DNA from: Pseudogymnoascus verrucosus
Lineage: Eukaryota
Direction: 5' to 3' (one strand)
Length of the DNA stretch: 64,000 nt
Assembly (NCBI GenBank): GCA_001662655.1
Contig: KV460276.1
How positions within the stretch are numbered: the stretch's first letter is position 1; every line of letters starts with the position of its first letter. Shown here in pieces: positions 22,296-33,139 of the stretch. Both the position numbers and the translations under genes were made by a program. The notes beneath the pieces were generated by a model, which saw only the letters and a program-made list of their open reading frames with translations, was not told the origin of the DNA and did no database searches.

Positions 22296-23953
22296 ATGGC
22301 CTCCCCTGCATTGCCCGTGGCAGAAATAACGACCCAACTAGCATCTTCTCACCTCGAAAAGAAAGAAGATGCCACTCCCCTCCAGCTGCTGGAAATCCCC
22401 GGCTATGACCAAGACCTAAGCTGGTCCATCCACGAGGAGCGTGTTGCGGTCCGCAAGGTCGACCTCTGTATCCTCACCTTCATCGTCCTGCTCTTCACAT
22501 TCATGCAATTCGATCGAACCAACATCTCCGCCGCTCTCACAGACACCCTTCGCACCGACATCAATGTAAACACGTCTCAGATCAACACTGCCCAGACTCT
22601 CTTCATCTTGGGCTTCATTCTCACCGAAATCCCATTCAACATCATTACGAAGAAGATAGGGGCCGAGACATGGCTACCCATCACCATGTTCCTCTGGGGT
22701 GTGTGCACATGGTGCCAGATCTTCATGAAGAGCGCTAGTGGCCTATTTGCCTTGAGGTTCTTCATAGGTGCTATGGAGGGCGGATATATTCCTGGTACAT
22801 ACCTACGTCCACTCTCACATTCGTCCCTAACTTTATAGGAATGGCACTTTACATCTCCCGCTACTACACCAACCCTGAACTTGGCCTCCGCTTCGCCCTG
22901 TTCTGGGCCAGCAACGCAGTCGCAGGTTCCCTGTCCGGGCCCCTTTCTCTCGGCCTTCTCTCCCTCAGCGGCACCCACGGACTGAAGGGCTGGCAATGGC
23001 TGTTCCTTATCGAGGGCGCCGTCACCTGCTTCCTGGCTGTCGTGGCATACCTCTACCTGCCTCATTCAGCTCCCAAACCAAAGTCGTTCTTCGGAAAGAG
23101 CTGGAACATCTTCACCGAGCGAGAAGCGGCCATCTTGACCACCCGAGTTCTGAGAGACGACGCAACTAAGGGGTACACCCAAGGCAAGTCGGTCCAGATT
23201 CAAGACTTGAAAGATACGTTCATGGATTGGAAAATCTATGGACACGTTGTGTCTGCGTTCCTGTCAATGTAAGCATTCCACCCCGACGACAAGTCCAAGT
23301 CTAACTCTCACAGGCTTATGATCTATCCCATCAACACCTACGCACCGTCGCTCATAAAATCCCTCGGATTCGGTGGCTACAACGCCAATGGCCTCAACTC
23401 AGTCGGCTCTGTCGTCTCTCTCATAATCTCCATCTCAATTGCATGGAATAGTGACCGTACCCAAGAGCGTGGTTTCCACATTGCCTTTGGATTCTGTGTC
23501 GGCATTGCGGGTCTGTTGTGGACTGCCCTGGCGCCAGTTTCCTCTTCGAAATGGGTTGTTTATGGTGAGTCTAGTCTTCCCAACTCGCAGTAATAAACTA
23601 ACCAGATAGGTGGAATCGTCCTCACCCAAGCTGGCATGGGTTCGACGCAAGCGCTCAACGCAGCGTGGCTTTCGAGTGTAGTAGACGACAGAAAACGACC
23701 TATTGCATTGGCAATGTACGTTATGGGCATCCAGCTCGCTGGCTTCCCTGGAAATCAGCTATTCCGACAGCAAGATGCTCCGAGATACAGCAGAGGCTTG
23801 ATCATTGCTGCAGCCTGTGCAGCCGCCGGAGCGGTGATCGTGTTGGTATGGAAGGGGATTTATGCATTTGTGGAGAGACGACAAAATAGGAGCCCTGTGA
23901 ATGTCACAGAAAGCCCTCGCAGTGAAGAGAGCGCGTGGGGCGAGAAGAAGTGA
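22296..23953 (+). CDS. MFS transporter, anion:cation symporter/DAL5 family (SOA1/AstA-like candidate), 4 exons
   Basis: VRKVDLCIL, QFDRTNISAAL, EIPFNII, RFFIGAMEGGYIPG, YYT..ELGLRFALFW, GLKGWQWLFLIEG, DAPRYSRG; first intron 22795-22838. Confidence 0.88.
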
Positions 23954-24226
23954 AGACTGCTTGTATAATATGATATCTCTAGAATGCCTCTTTAGCGACA
24001 AGAACCAAACATAGGATTAGATAGAACGATGCAAATCCCTTACCACGACGCCGCCTGTTTTGGTGAAATGACCTTGTTTCTTCTAAATATTGCGTTACGC
24101 TCCGTTCAACATCCCTCTCAAACTTCATTGTTTACAAAACGTGCAAATAGATGGCAAATTATATGTCATTTTTAAATATAGACAATAATAACTTTGGCAG
24201 CTCTACTGTGCACCATTATCACCCCC

Positions 24227-25464
24227 CTAACAGCTGCTAGAGATAGATCCCTTGCAGTAGGTTCCGTCAAATCCTGACCCAATCTTTGGGGGCTCAGCTC
24301 CACTGGCGTTGCCCGTATATCTATCGCAGCCCTTGCCACTGTTTTGGCAAGAGTTCGTGATTGTGCAAGTGTCGCCATAGTTGGTGTTGATGCCGCAGAT
24401 GACTCCGCCGTTGATGGCCATGATATTGTCGAAAATAAAATTGCGAGGGCCACCATTGCCGCTGCAGTTGCCGCAGCTTCGAGCAACCTTTCCATAGTCG
24501 TTGGCGTAGAAGTTCTTCACGGAGACCGTTCCGCGGCCGTTGAATTGGATGATTTTGTCAGAGGCCTTGAATGCACCTCCTCCGTTGATGTAGGATGTGC
24601 CGCTAGCCTGCTTGAATGTGCTATTCACAGTTATAAGGGGTGTTAGGCATAAAAGTCGGCATCACTTACATGGCATCCTCACAGACGTCAGACCACCAGA
24701 CGTTATTGATTGTGCTAAAAAATGTCAGCTTCCAAATATTAGAGGCAAGTCGGATCTTTGACATACCACTTTCCCTTGCAGTGGACACCCTCAGCTTGGT
24801 TTGGACCAATTATAACGTTGGAGAGCGTGGCACCATCCTCAAGGATGAACATGGCATCCGCCTCACCAGTCTCCGTCTGTCCAGCACAAACCGCGGCTGT
24901 ATGTTGTTAGAGCCGTGAATACACGCCAAGGGGCGAGGACCACACTTACGGCTTCGGTCGTACATCTTCATGCCACCATCGAAGCTACCGGTGACGGCAA
25001 TAGCCTTGTTAGTGGCAACTATCACAGGTCAGCTATGCCATAAACGAATGCAGAATGCTACACACCAGCGCCCGAGGACTTGGGCAAGGTCGTGGTAAGG
25101 CCAGTCGGTGTGGCGCCGCCGCTGCCGCCACCAGCTGCCGTAGTCGTTGGCACGAGTGTGGTTGCTGGTGCACCTCCTGCTCCAGTCCTAAACTTTGTCA
25201 GCGACTCCCCGCAAAACGATACGTTCGCCCTCACCAGTAGCATGAGCACTCCTTGCTGATCTGGCTAGGCTTGCTGTCGCAGTTGGTGGCCCATGCAGGC
25301 AGGCCAGTGGTGGCAGTGACGACTTTCGTTGTGAACGTGCCGCAGTATGGCGAAGCAACAGCCTGGTTCGACTTGATATAGCTGGCGCATGAGTTGGTGT
25401 CTGGGTTGGAGCATCCCAGAACAACGGGGATCAGGCCCAGGATGGCGTAGCGGAAGTTCGTCAT
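24227..25464 (-). CDS. Secreted pectate lyase, family PL3, with Cys-rich N-terminal module and Thr/Gly linker, 6 exons
   Basis: Signal peptide [94 protein letters not shown]; five GT-AG introns restore the frame. Confidence 0.93.
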
Positions 25465-25635
25465 GGCTAGATCTTTCTGTGCAAAGAATTGATAGACAGT
25501 GTAATGCAATTGGAGCGTCTAATCCTTGTATGAACCTTGCTGAGAGGATGAGGTGATCGCCCGCAGCTCTTATAGTTCGGCGTTTTCAAGCATCGCTATA
25601 GAGAACATTACAAGGAAAAGAATGCCCCGTTCATT

Positions 25636-25956
25636 CCCACCAATTGATGGAGGTTGTCCATGATAGAGTTTGTGCTAAAGACCTGACAGATTAACGTCGA
25701 TCAATGGAAGAGTCGGGATTCACTACTCAAGGCACGAACTGTAGAGCCAAGACGCGATTCTTGAAGCCAAGTTGGCCGACTATATAGCCAAGAGAACATT
25801 AATTACTCTGAGGTTGGCATATAAAGGCCACCAATCGAATAGACCCTTCGTTTACTTCCATGCGCGACTCCGAGCAGCTCCGGCAGCTCGTGCAGTGGCT
25901 CATGCACCCCAGATGTAACGGCAATATCAAAGTTAATATCTGGAAGGGGGCTTGGC
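25636..25956. promoter_or_regulatory. PL3 promoter with PacC-type and GaaR-type sites
   Basis: GCCAAG at 25746, 25766 and 25787 and CTTGGC at 25951 (PacC GCCARG); CCACCAAT at 25637 and 25828 (GARE CCNCCAA). Confidence 0.5.
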
Positions 25957-26535
25957 TCTTTGGCATGGTCTGCCCGTCTATCCGCTATCCGCTGAGAATT
26001 CTCCGAAATGGCGGGGGAGTCACTTGACTTCAACGACGGTGTATGACGATATTTTAATTATTCCGTTCACAGGCAAGATATCGTCGGTCATTGAAGCCGT
26101 TGAAGTCGATGAAGTCGGGCATCGAGGCGCATTCAATCGTCGTATACAAATCAGTTCTCCACAGCCCTCAGTCTATTTCCATCCAGCTTCTCGTGTCCGA
26201 GCGGTGATGAGACCCACGCCCAAATTATATTGGCCTCGATAGCTGTAAAAACATATCCACTCACGTTTCACTAGATGTTCTAGGCCCACGGAAAGAAATG
26301 CAAAGTCAATGCCAATAAAATCAAATCATAAAATATAAAATCGCTTCAGGTTCGCTTCTACCATCTCATTTGATCTTACAAAATACACATCATCATGACG
26401 CCCCGCCGGTGGACCGTGGCCGTCTCAAAACCATGTCGGCACAGAAATACAGTCCAAAGCCCCGTCTATTCGCAACCTCATACCAAAACTGCCAACCCCA
26501 TCATACATGCCTAGGCATGGCCAAAGTGAACGCGC

Positions 26536-28522
26536 TTAATCAATCTTAATCGATCCGTAAATCTTCTGTACGAACATCCAGCTTGCAAAGAAGCCAATGG
26601 TGCCTGTCGAGTTAGCTTTAGTCACAAGAAGGAGAAAGTCAGGACATACCGGTGAGAATAAAAAACAAAAAGCTGATCAAAGCACTGTATCCCAAGTAAA
26701 GAACCCCACCTGTCAACCCTCCCAGCTGCAACTTCGTCACCCAATACGCAACCGCGTGCAAGAACACGTAAAATGCGCTCGTGCCGGCAGCAAGGAACGC
26801 GCGCCAGTGCCAGTGGTAGTTCTCTGAGCACAACAGGAAATACACCAAAAGGATCGTGACCGCAGCGCACGTGACAATCATAAGCCCATAACAGAGGAAA
26901 AGGAAACCAAACATGTAGTAGACCTTGCTGAACCAGATGGACGACATGATGAAGAAGAGCTCCACAAAGATAGCGGCAAACGGCAACAGACCAACAAGAA
27001 GCATGCTGGGAATAGGGCGCAGCCATGTGGTTCCTGGAGGGATCTGGCGGGGAATCTGGTTCGTCCGCACAGGAGCAGCAACGGCCTGCTGTCTAAATCC
27101 AACCCAGGATCCGGCGAAAGACAATGGTACAGAAATCACAAACCAAATCGCCACGACGACGACCATGGTTGTGAATGGAACAGCACCGCTCGACCCATTA
27201 ACCCAGAGGAAAAAGTTGAGGAGGAAGAAGGTGCAGAAGACGAGTCCAGGAACGAGGAGGGGCGTCAGTCCGATGTTGAGTTTCCATGCCTCCCCACCAA
27301 AAGACTTGTAGACTCGAGCAGAGGCGTAGCCGCCAATGAATCCGAACAGGGTGTAGAGAATGATCATGACGGAGCCGAGCGAGCCGCGGTTGGAAGGAGA
27401 CAAAAATCCCAAAAGCGCAAAGGCAATCGTGGCGCCGGTCATCACAAATAGCTGCGCCCCATTTCCGAGGAAGACTGACAGCATTAGGGAGTACTTTGGA
27501 GCGCGGAAAACATCGCCATGCACTAGCTTCCACCCAGAGTCCTCCTGCACACCGTCCTCAAGAGCGGCCGAGGTTCCCGAGAAGTCCTCGAGATCAATAG
27601 AGTCAAGGCGGTTGTAACGTGCAATATCCTTCTTCAGGGCACGGTACAGGATGGACACAACCGTCAGGGACAGGAAGACGAGGATGATGGCGGAGTTGAT
27701 GAGAGAGAACCAGTGGATCTTCGGATCAAAAACGTGCAGATACTTGTCCCATCGTGTGCCCCATGCTGTTGGCGACGGACGCCAGTACACACCATATGTC
27801 CAGGTCACAGTCGTCTCGTGGTCCGTTGCCAATTGCATTGGCGTTGACGCATCACCACAGTCAGGGGTCCCGTCGTGCACACCTGAATTGGCTCTTGACG
27901 ACGGCTGGACGAGCACACCGACAACTCGGAACTGGCCCGTCGTAGACTCATGGTAGTCTATGAGGATATCGTAATGGTTGTTTAGTGCCGGTGGGCTAAT
28001 TTCTGAGTTCCCAAGCTTAAAGCCCTGGCTATAGAATTGGGTCTTCGTTTTGTCGACCTCCAACAACTGCCCCGCTGGCAATCCATCCACCAGCCAGTTG
28101 AGATCGAAATCTCTAAATATCTTATCATTCGTAAAAGCTGCCGACCCCACGTCGAATTTTACAGGATTGCAGGCTGCCTTGCACGTTTCATTCACTCCCA
28201 TCTTCAGCTCAAAAGGGGACGTCTTGATTCTGTCGCCAAATATGATGCTGCCCAAACTTTCCGGTCGGTCTTCGGGTTCTGGGTCTGGCCGGCAGAATTG
28301 GAACATTGGGTGGTAATAGTCATACGGCACAATAGACCGTAGTGCGCCATCCTTCTGTGAAGCTGAAGCTGTCAAAGCATTGACATATAGCGGGACACTG
28401 TCGCCTTCGGCGTATGATGTTGGTGCGACTCCAGGAAGATAAAATGCTGAGGAGAGCTGAGGCGCAGCAGCAAGAAGTGTCGCCAGCAGCGCATGCGAGG
28501 GTGAGAGGTCTCGCAACAGCAT
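26536..28522 (-). CDS. EMP70: Nonaspanin/TM9SF endomembrane protein 70, 2 exons
   Basis: FYLPGVAPTSY, ESLGSIIFGDRI, IHWFSLINS, GWKLVHGDVFR, PVRTNQIPRQIP; last exon ends KIYGSIKID. Confidence 0.92.
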
Positions 28523-28879
28523 GATTGCGGATGTCCGAATCTGTAATTTGCCGTTGTCAGTAAGAGTTGCGTCCGGTGTCTGCCGGTGTCGCAGGATTGA
28601 TGGTTTAAAATTGAAAACACTCACAAGCTTCAATCCTGAATTTGTTATTCTCCCATCCACTCACTTTGTAGACTGTTGTTGTCGTGAACGACGATGAGAG
28701 CTTGTGAAGTCGAAGCAACCTGTCTCCTTGCCAAAACAACTGGGTACCTATCTCAGGAACATCCATCCGTACTTTAGACAGGGGTCGGCTAAACTATTAT
28801 CCGTCCGCGACAATCCTTATCGCAACAAAATGCTTTGAACATTTTTTTACAGCACCAGATTTCACGTCTCATCGCAACC

Positions 28880-29971
28880 ATGGCGCTCGACAACTCCCTG
28901 CCTTCATTGTTGGCAACCCTCACACAGGCGCTCGTATCCTCCGAACAGTCTGCGCCCGAATTGGACTCTATTGCCCCCCCGAAAGATGGCATCTCCCTCC
29001 TCGATGTCAAGAATGAACTTTTACTGTCATACCTTCAAAACCTCGTCTTCTTGATCCTCATCAAACTGCGCGACTACAACAGCGACGAGTCAGATGATGA
29101 AGAGGCGCAGAGCATTGACGATGAGGTCGTTCAAAAGCTGGTTGAGACCAGGGTTTATCTGGAAAAGGGCGTCAGGCCGCTCGAGGCGCGACTGAAGTAC
29201 CAGATCGACAAGGTTCTTCGCGCCGCCGACGATGCAACGAGGGCCAATCTCCCAGCGTCGAGAGGACCGTCGAACGCTATCACGAGAGACTCGGATGTAT
29301 CCGACGATTCAGATGTTGAGGAAGACGCTGGAGGTGTCGAGGCGCAGGCGGCTCAGATCGACGACCTGCAATACCGACCAAACCCCGCAGGGCTCGTGCG
29401 ACCCGCAGACTCTGGTCTCGAATCTCATAGCGCAAAGGATATGGATGGCGTCTATAAACCTCCTCGAATCAACCCCACAGTCATGCCTACCACCGGTCCA
29501 CGGGAGAAGGCAGACAAGAGGCCCCAGAAGTCCGCAACTTTGGACGAGTTTATCAGCACAGAGTTGTCCGAGACGCCATTCGCGGAGCCCAGTATTGGAA
29601 GTCAGATCATCGCTGGTGGACGACGCTCGCGATCCGACAAGGAGCGCAAGGAAGCCGAGGAGCGCAAGGAGTACGAAGAGAAGAATTATACCCGTCTGCC
29701 CAAAGAGAGCAAGAAAGAGCGTGCCAAGAAGGGAGGAGTCAAGGATGCTGGCTACGGTGGCGAGGAGTGGAGAGGTTTGGGCGAGGGTATTGACCGCATT
29801 GAGCGGCTCACAAACAGGACATCCAGCTCTACCAGGACCGCCTTGGAGAAGAGCAGAAAGCGTGCCGTGGAGGATGGACCCCGAGCTAGTGGCGGCGTGG
29901 AGGTTGGAGAGAAGTTCCAGAAGAGACTCAAGACTCTGGATGGAGGACGAAGGGATAGGGGACGGAGATAG
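28880..29971 (+). CDS. LCP5: U3 snoRNP/SSU processome protein Lcp5 (Sas10/Utp3/C1D family, neuroguidin)
   Basis: GISLLDVKNELLLSYLQNL, RVYLEKGVRPLEARLKYQIDK, GVYKPPRI, EYEEKNYTRLP. Confidence 0.88.
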   Translation: MALDNSLPSLLATLTQALVSSEQSAPELDSIAPPKDGISLLDVKNELLLSYLQNLVFLILIKLRDYNSDESDDEEAQSIDDEVVQKLVETRVYLEKGVRPLEARLKYQIDKVLRAADDATRANLPASRGPSNAITRDSDVSDDSDVEEDAGGVEAQAAQIDDLQYRPNPAGLVRPADSGLESHSAKDMDGVYKPPRINPTVMPTTGPREKADKRPQKSATLDEFISTELSETPFAEPSIGSQIIAGGRRSRSDKERKEAEERKEYEEKNYTRLPKESKKERAKKGGVKDAGYGGEEWRGLGEGIDRIERLTNRTSSSTRTALEKSRKRAVEDGPRASGGVEVGEKFQKRLKTLDGGRRDRGRR

Positions 29972-30092
29972 GCTGTTGTGGGTAGATATAAATGTTACAA
30001 AAGCATCCCAACATGGACGCACGATTCATAAGCTGAACTGTCGATCTCATCATGTGATTCCACCCAACGAGTTTGCGCTCCTATATAAACCT

Positions 30093-31039
30093 CTATTCAT
30101 CATCGTCATCCATATCATCCAACAGATCCAATCCAGTAAAAACCTTTGGCTTCTCCTCCACCCTCTGGCCAGCTGCACCCATGGCCTCCCTCCGTGCGTG
30201 TTCCTCCCGCATACGCTGCTCTTGCCTTGCTCTCTCTGCTTCCTGCTGCTCCTCCTTCGCTCGCTCGGCCTCCTCCTCCAATCTCTTCCGTGACGCCTCC
30301 AGCTCTGCACTGCGTTCTGGATCAAACGTTGCCGGGTCTTCACCCTGGTCAATGAGAACCTGTATGCTCGCTAGCGCACCTCGACGAATCGTCTCTTCGG
30401 TGGGCCACGGAACGAAGCCCGGCGCAGAATTATGAGGATTCAGCCATTCTGCAATTTGGGGCGGTAAAGAGGTTTTATCGGTGTCGGCTTGAATGGGCGT
30501 GACTGGCAGTTCTGCGACATTCACGACAGCGCCATTCGATGGGGCAGTGGGTGTGACGGTACCGTTTGTCTGGGTGCCAGTGCCTTCGGGTTCGGGAGTT
30601 GGCTGTGCCTCACGGTATGTAGGTGGGAGCGTGAACTTGCTGATCCTACGCGCGTACGAGAGAAGATCGGTGTAGGAGACCGAGGTTGTGGTGCTTGGGA
30701 ACGTCGTTGCGGGGGTGGAGAGCAGCTCAGAGCGCGTGGATGAAAGGAGCTGGAGGGATCCCTTTATCTGCGCGTCAAGGTCGGAAGAGGTATTCTTGAG
30801 GGATTGGATGCGTGCATAGTTGGCTTGATGTGTTGCTACTGCAGACTTGTTAGATTCGGTGGCTTCAACAGCGAAATGGGGCAGATCATACAGTCGGCCA
30901 AGCCATGGCTCAGTTCTTGATCGGCAGCAACGAGATCGTGGGCCAAGACGGGATTGGGATTGTATGTCGAGATGGAAGCAACGAGAGTAGCCAAGGCCTT
31001 CTCTACCCGCAAAAACTGCGCGTCCACGGTTTTATCCAT
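30093..31039 (-). CDS. MED4: Mediator subunit Med4, 2 exons
   Basis: RVEKALATLVASISTYNP, HQANYARI, LLSYARRISKFT, PWPTEETIRRG, acidic C-terminus. Confidence 0.85.
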
Positions 31040-31849
31040 CTGGAGATAGCGTGTTGGAACTTTCTGGGTGAATTATGGTGATAGGACGAGGACTGAGAGA
31101 CTCAAAGAGAGCTTTGACGAATAACAACACTGGACTGGAAGCTTAGCCACAATCACATCACGTGACTGTCTCCCATTCCTTATCCTCCGTCCTCCGTCCT
31201 CTGGTGTTCCAGACACAAAATAGCAGGTGGCACTTCTGATAAATTGCACAGCCTCAATACGGTGACCTAGAGTGAGCAGCAGTGCAGCCTGTGGGGCTTT
31301 TCCCCCTCCATTGTGCTCTCTTGTGCCTGGCTTGCCTCGTCGTCATTGCCTGGAGGGCTCTCCCCTCACCTACATATATGCTCTTATAAATCGTGATATT
31401 TCTGTACATTTCCACAGCTGCTCTTAAAACAAACATTCACGCTTTGATAGACCCCTTAAAAATCCTCAAATTATCTCCGCACGACATCGCCGCTCGTACG
31501 TCTTACAAAGTTGTTTCAGGGTCTATAAACTGCGACAGGCGCTTATTTCGACGTCACCCCGCCATCATCCCGAAGGGCAGTAAGCGACACGACACGAACG
31601 AAGCCAACACTGCACTGTAAACTCTTGCCGTGGCACTTCCTCCTCTATAACAACGACCAACGCGCCTGCTTGTCTGGCTCTTTCTGACATTCAAAACCAA
31701 CTGGCGACCATTCACAAGCTCGCTCTAGCCAACTCTCCAATTGACGTGAGCGGTGGATTGCAAGGCCTAGCCCTGTGCCTTCCGAGGACCGTCAAACAGA
31801 CATAACTGCGAAACAACACGCTGAGCTCGCCTGAATCCAGCTACGAGAT

Positions 31850-32660
31850 ATGGGGAAATCGTAAGTGTCTCTCTCAGGGTGTAGCACTAGTCAAAACGGT
31901 TTGGTCTCGAGTGATCTGGCAGGAGAGGGCGACAAGTGGCTGCGACCACAGCTCAAGGACACGCGGTTTCTGTTCGACTGCTAACACATCCCTCCAGGCA
32001 GTCGAAGCTGTCCCAAGAGCAGCTCTCGGAGTTGCAGCGTTCTACCCATTTCGACAAGAAGGAGCTCCAGCAATGGTATAAGGGTTAGCAGAATCTCCCG
32101 GCTGGCACACCACATGGTTATAACTGTCCATAGGCTTCCTCAAGGATTGTCCCTCGGGCATGCTCACAAAGGAGGAGTTCCAAAAGATCTACCGCCAATT
32201 CTTTCCATTTGGGGATCCATCCTCCTTTGCAGACTATGTTTTCAATGTCTTCGACAGCGATAGATCTGGCTCCATTGATTTCAAGGAGTTCATTTGTGCT
32301 CTGAGCGTCACCAGCAGAGGCAAGATGGAAGACAAGCTCGACTGGGCCTTCCAGCTGTACGATATCGACGGAGATGGAAAGATCAGTTACGACGAGATGC
32401 TGGCGATTGTAGAGGCGATATATAAGATGGTAGGCACCTTTCCGCTAATCATACGAGAATTTATGAATAACCCTCCCCAGGTTGGCTCCATGGTAAAGCT
32501 TCCAGATGATGAGGACACGCCAGAAAAGAGAGTCAAGAAGATCTTTCGCACGATGGACAAGGATGAGAATGGAAGCCTGGATATTGAAGAGTTCAAGGAG
32601 GGCAGCAAGCGCGATGAGACCATCGTTTCTGCTCTATCTCTTTACGATGGACTTGTTTAG
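31850..32660 (+). CDS. FRQ1: Neuronal calcium sensor-1/frequenin, 4 exons
   Basis: MGKS myristoylation start, [24 protein letters not shown]-hands [25 protein letters not shown] and [13 protein letters not shown], ends LSLYDGLV. Confidence 0.96.
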
Positions 32661-33139
32661 AAAGATATGAGTGAGCGGGATACAAGTGTATTATGCCATT
32701 ATGACCACTGCGTGCCCCAATGCGTTTTTATGTCCTCAACCAGGTGCAGTTCCCTGGCGTCACGCGGATTTCTAGGGAGACTTGAATATCCAATATTTTT
32801 GTAGCGGCCTATCGTTTGTCCTCCATTTCGCTATGTCTGAAGTGAATTCATAGTGACCTGTTTTGCATCCACTCGAGTGAGCCTTAGTCTGGACTCACCT
32901 CTAAAACACTCTTCCTTTAGTAATATAATCCCAACGTACAATCCAAACACAACTCTTTTCTTTATCATTTGACTGCTTCTGCTCAAAGCTTCGACCGTCC
33001 CCAAACTTCGATCTTGAACAATCAAACAAAGATTGCTTATCTCTCCACAACACGCGTCTCGTCTGCTTCTCGCCTCGATCACCTCACAACAACACCCCGA
33101 ACCCCAAAATCCGCAAACATAGGTCATATCTGTAGTCCG

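Noticed and set aside
29232..30293. 353-aa alternative-frame ORF over LCP5, and similar shadow ORFs over EMP70, GPI8, the monooxygenase and GH7
   Set aside because: Explained by GC-rich codon bias of the real genes; no protein motifs.
31158..31165. TCACGTGA E-box upstream of MED4 (also at 48665 and 56256)
   Set aside because: Common bHLH/Cbf1-type promoter motif; plausible but unremarkable.
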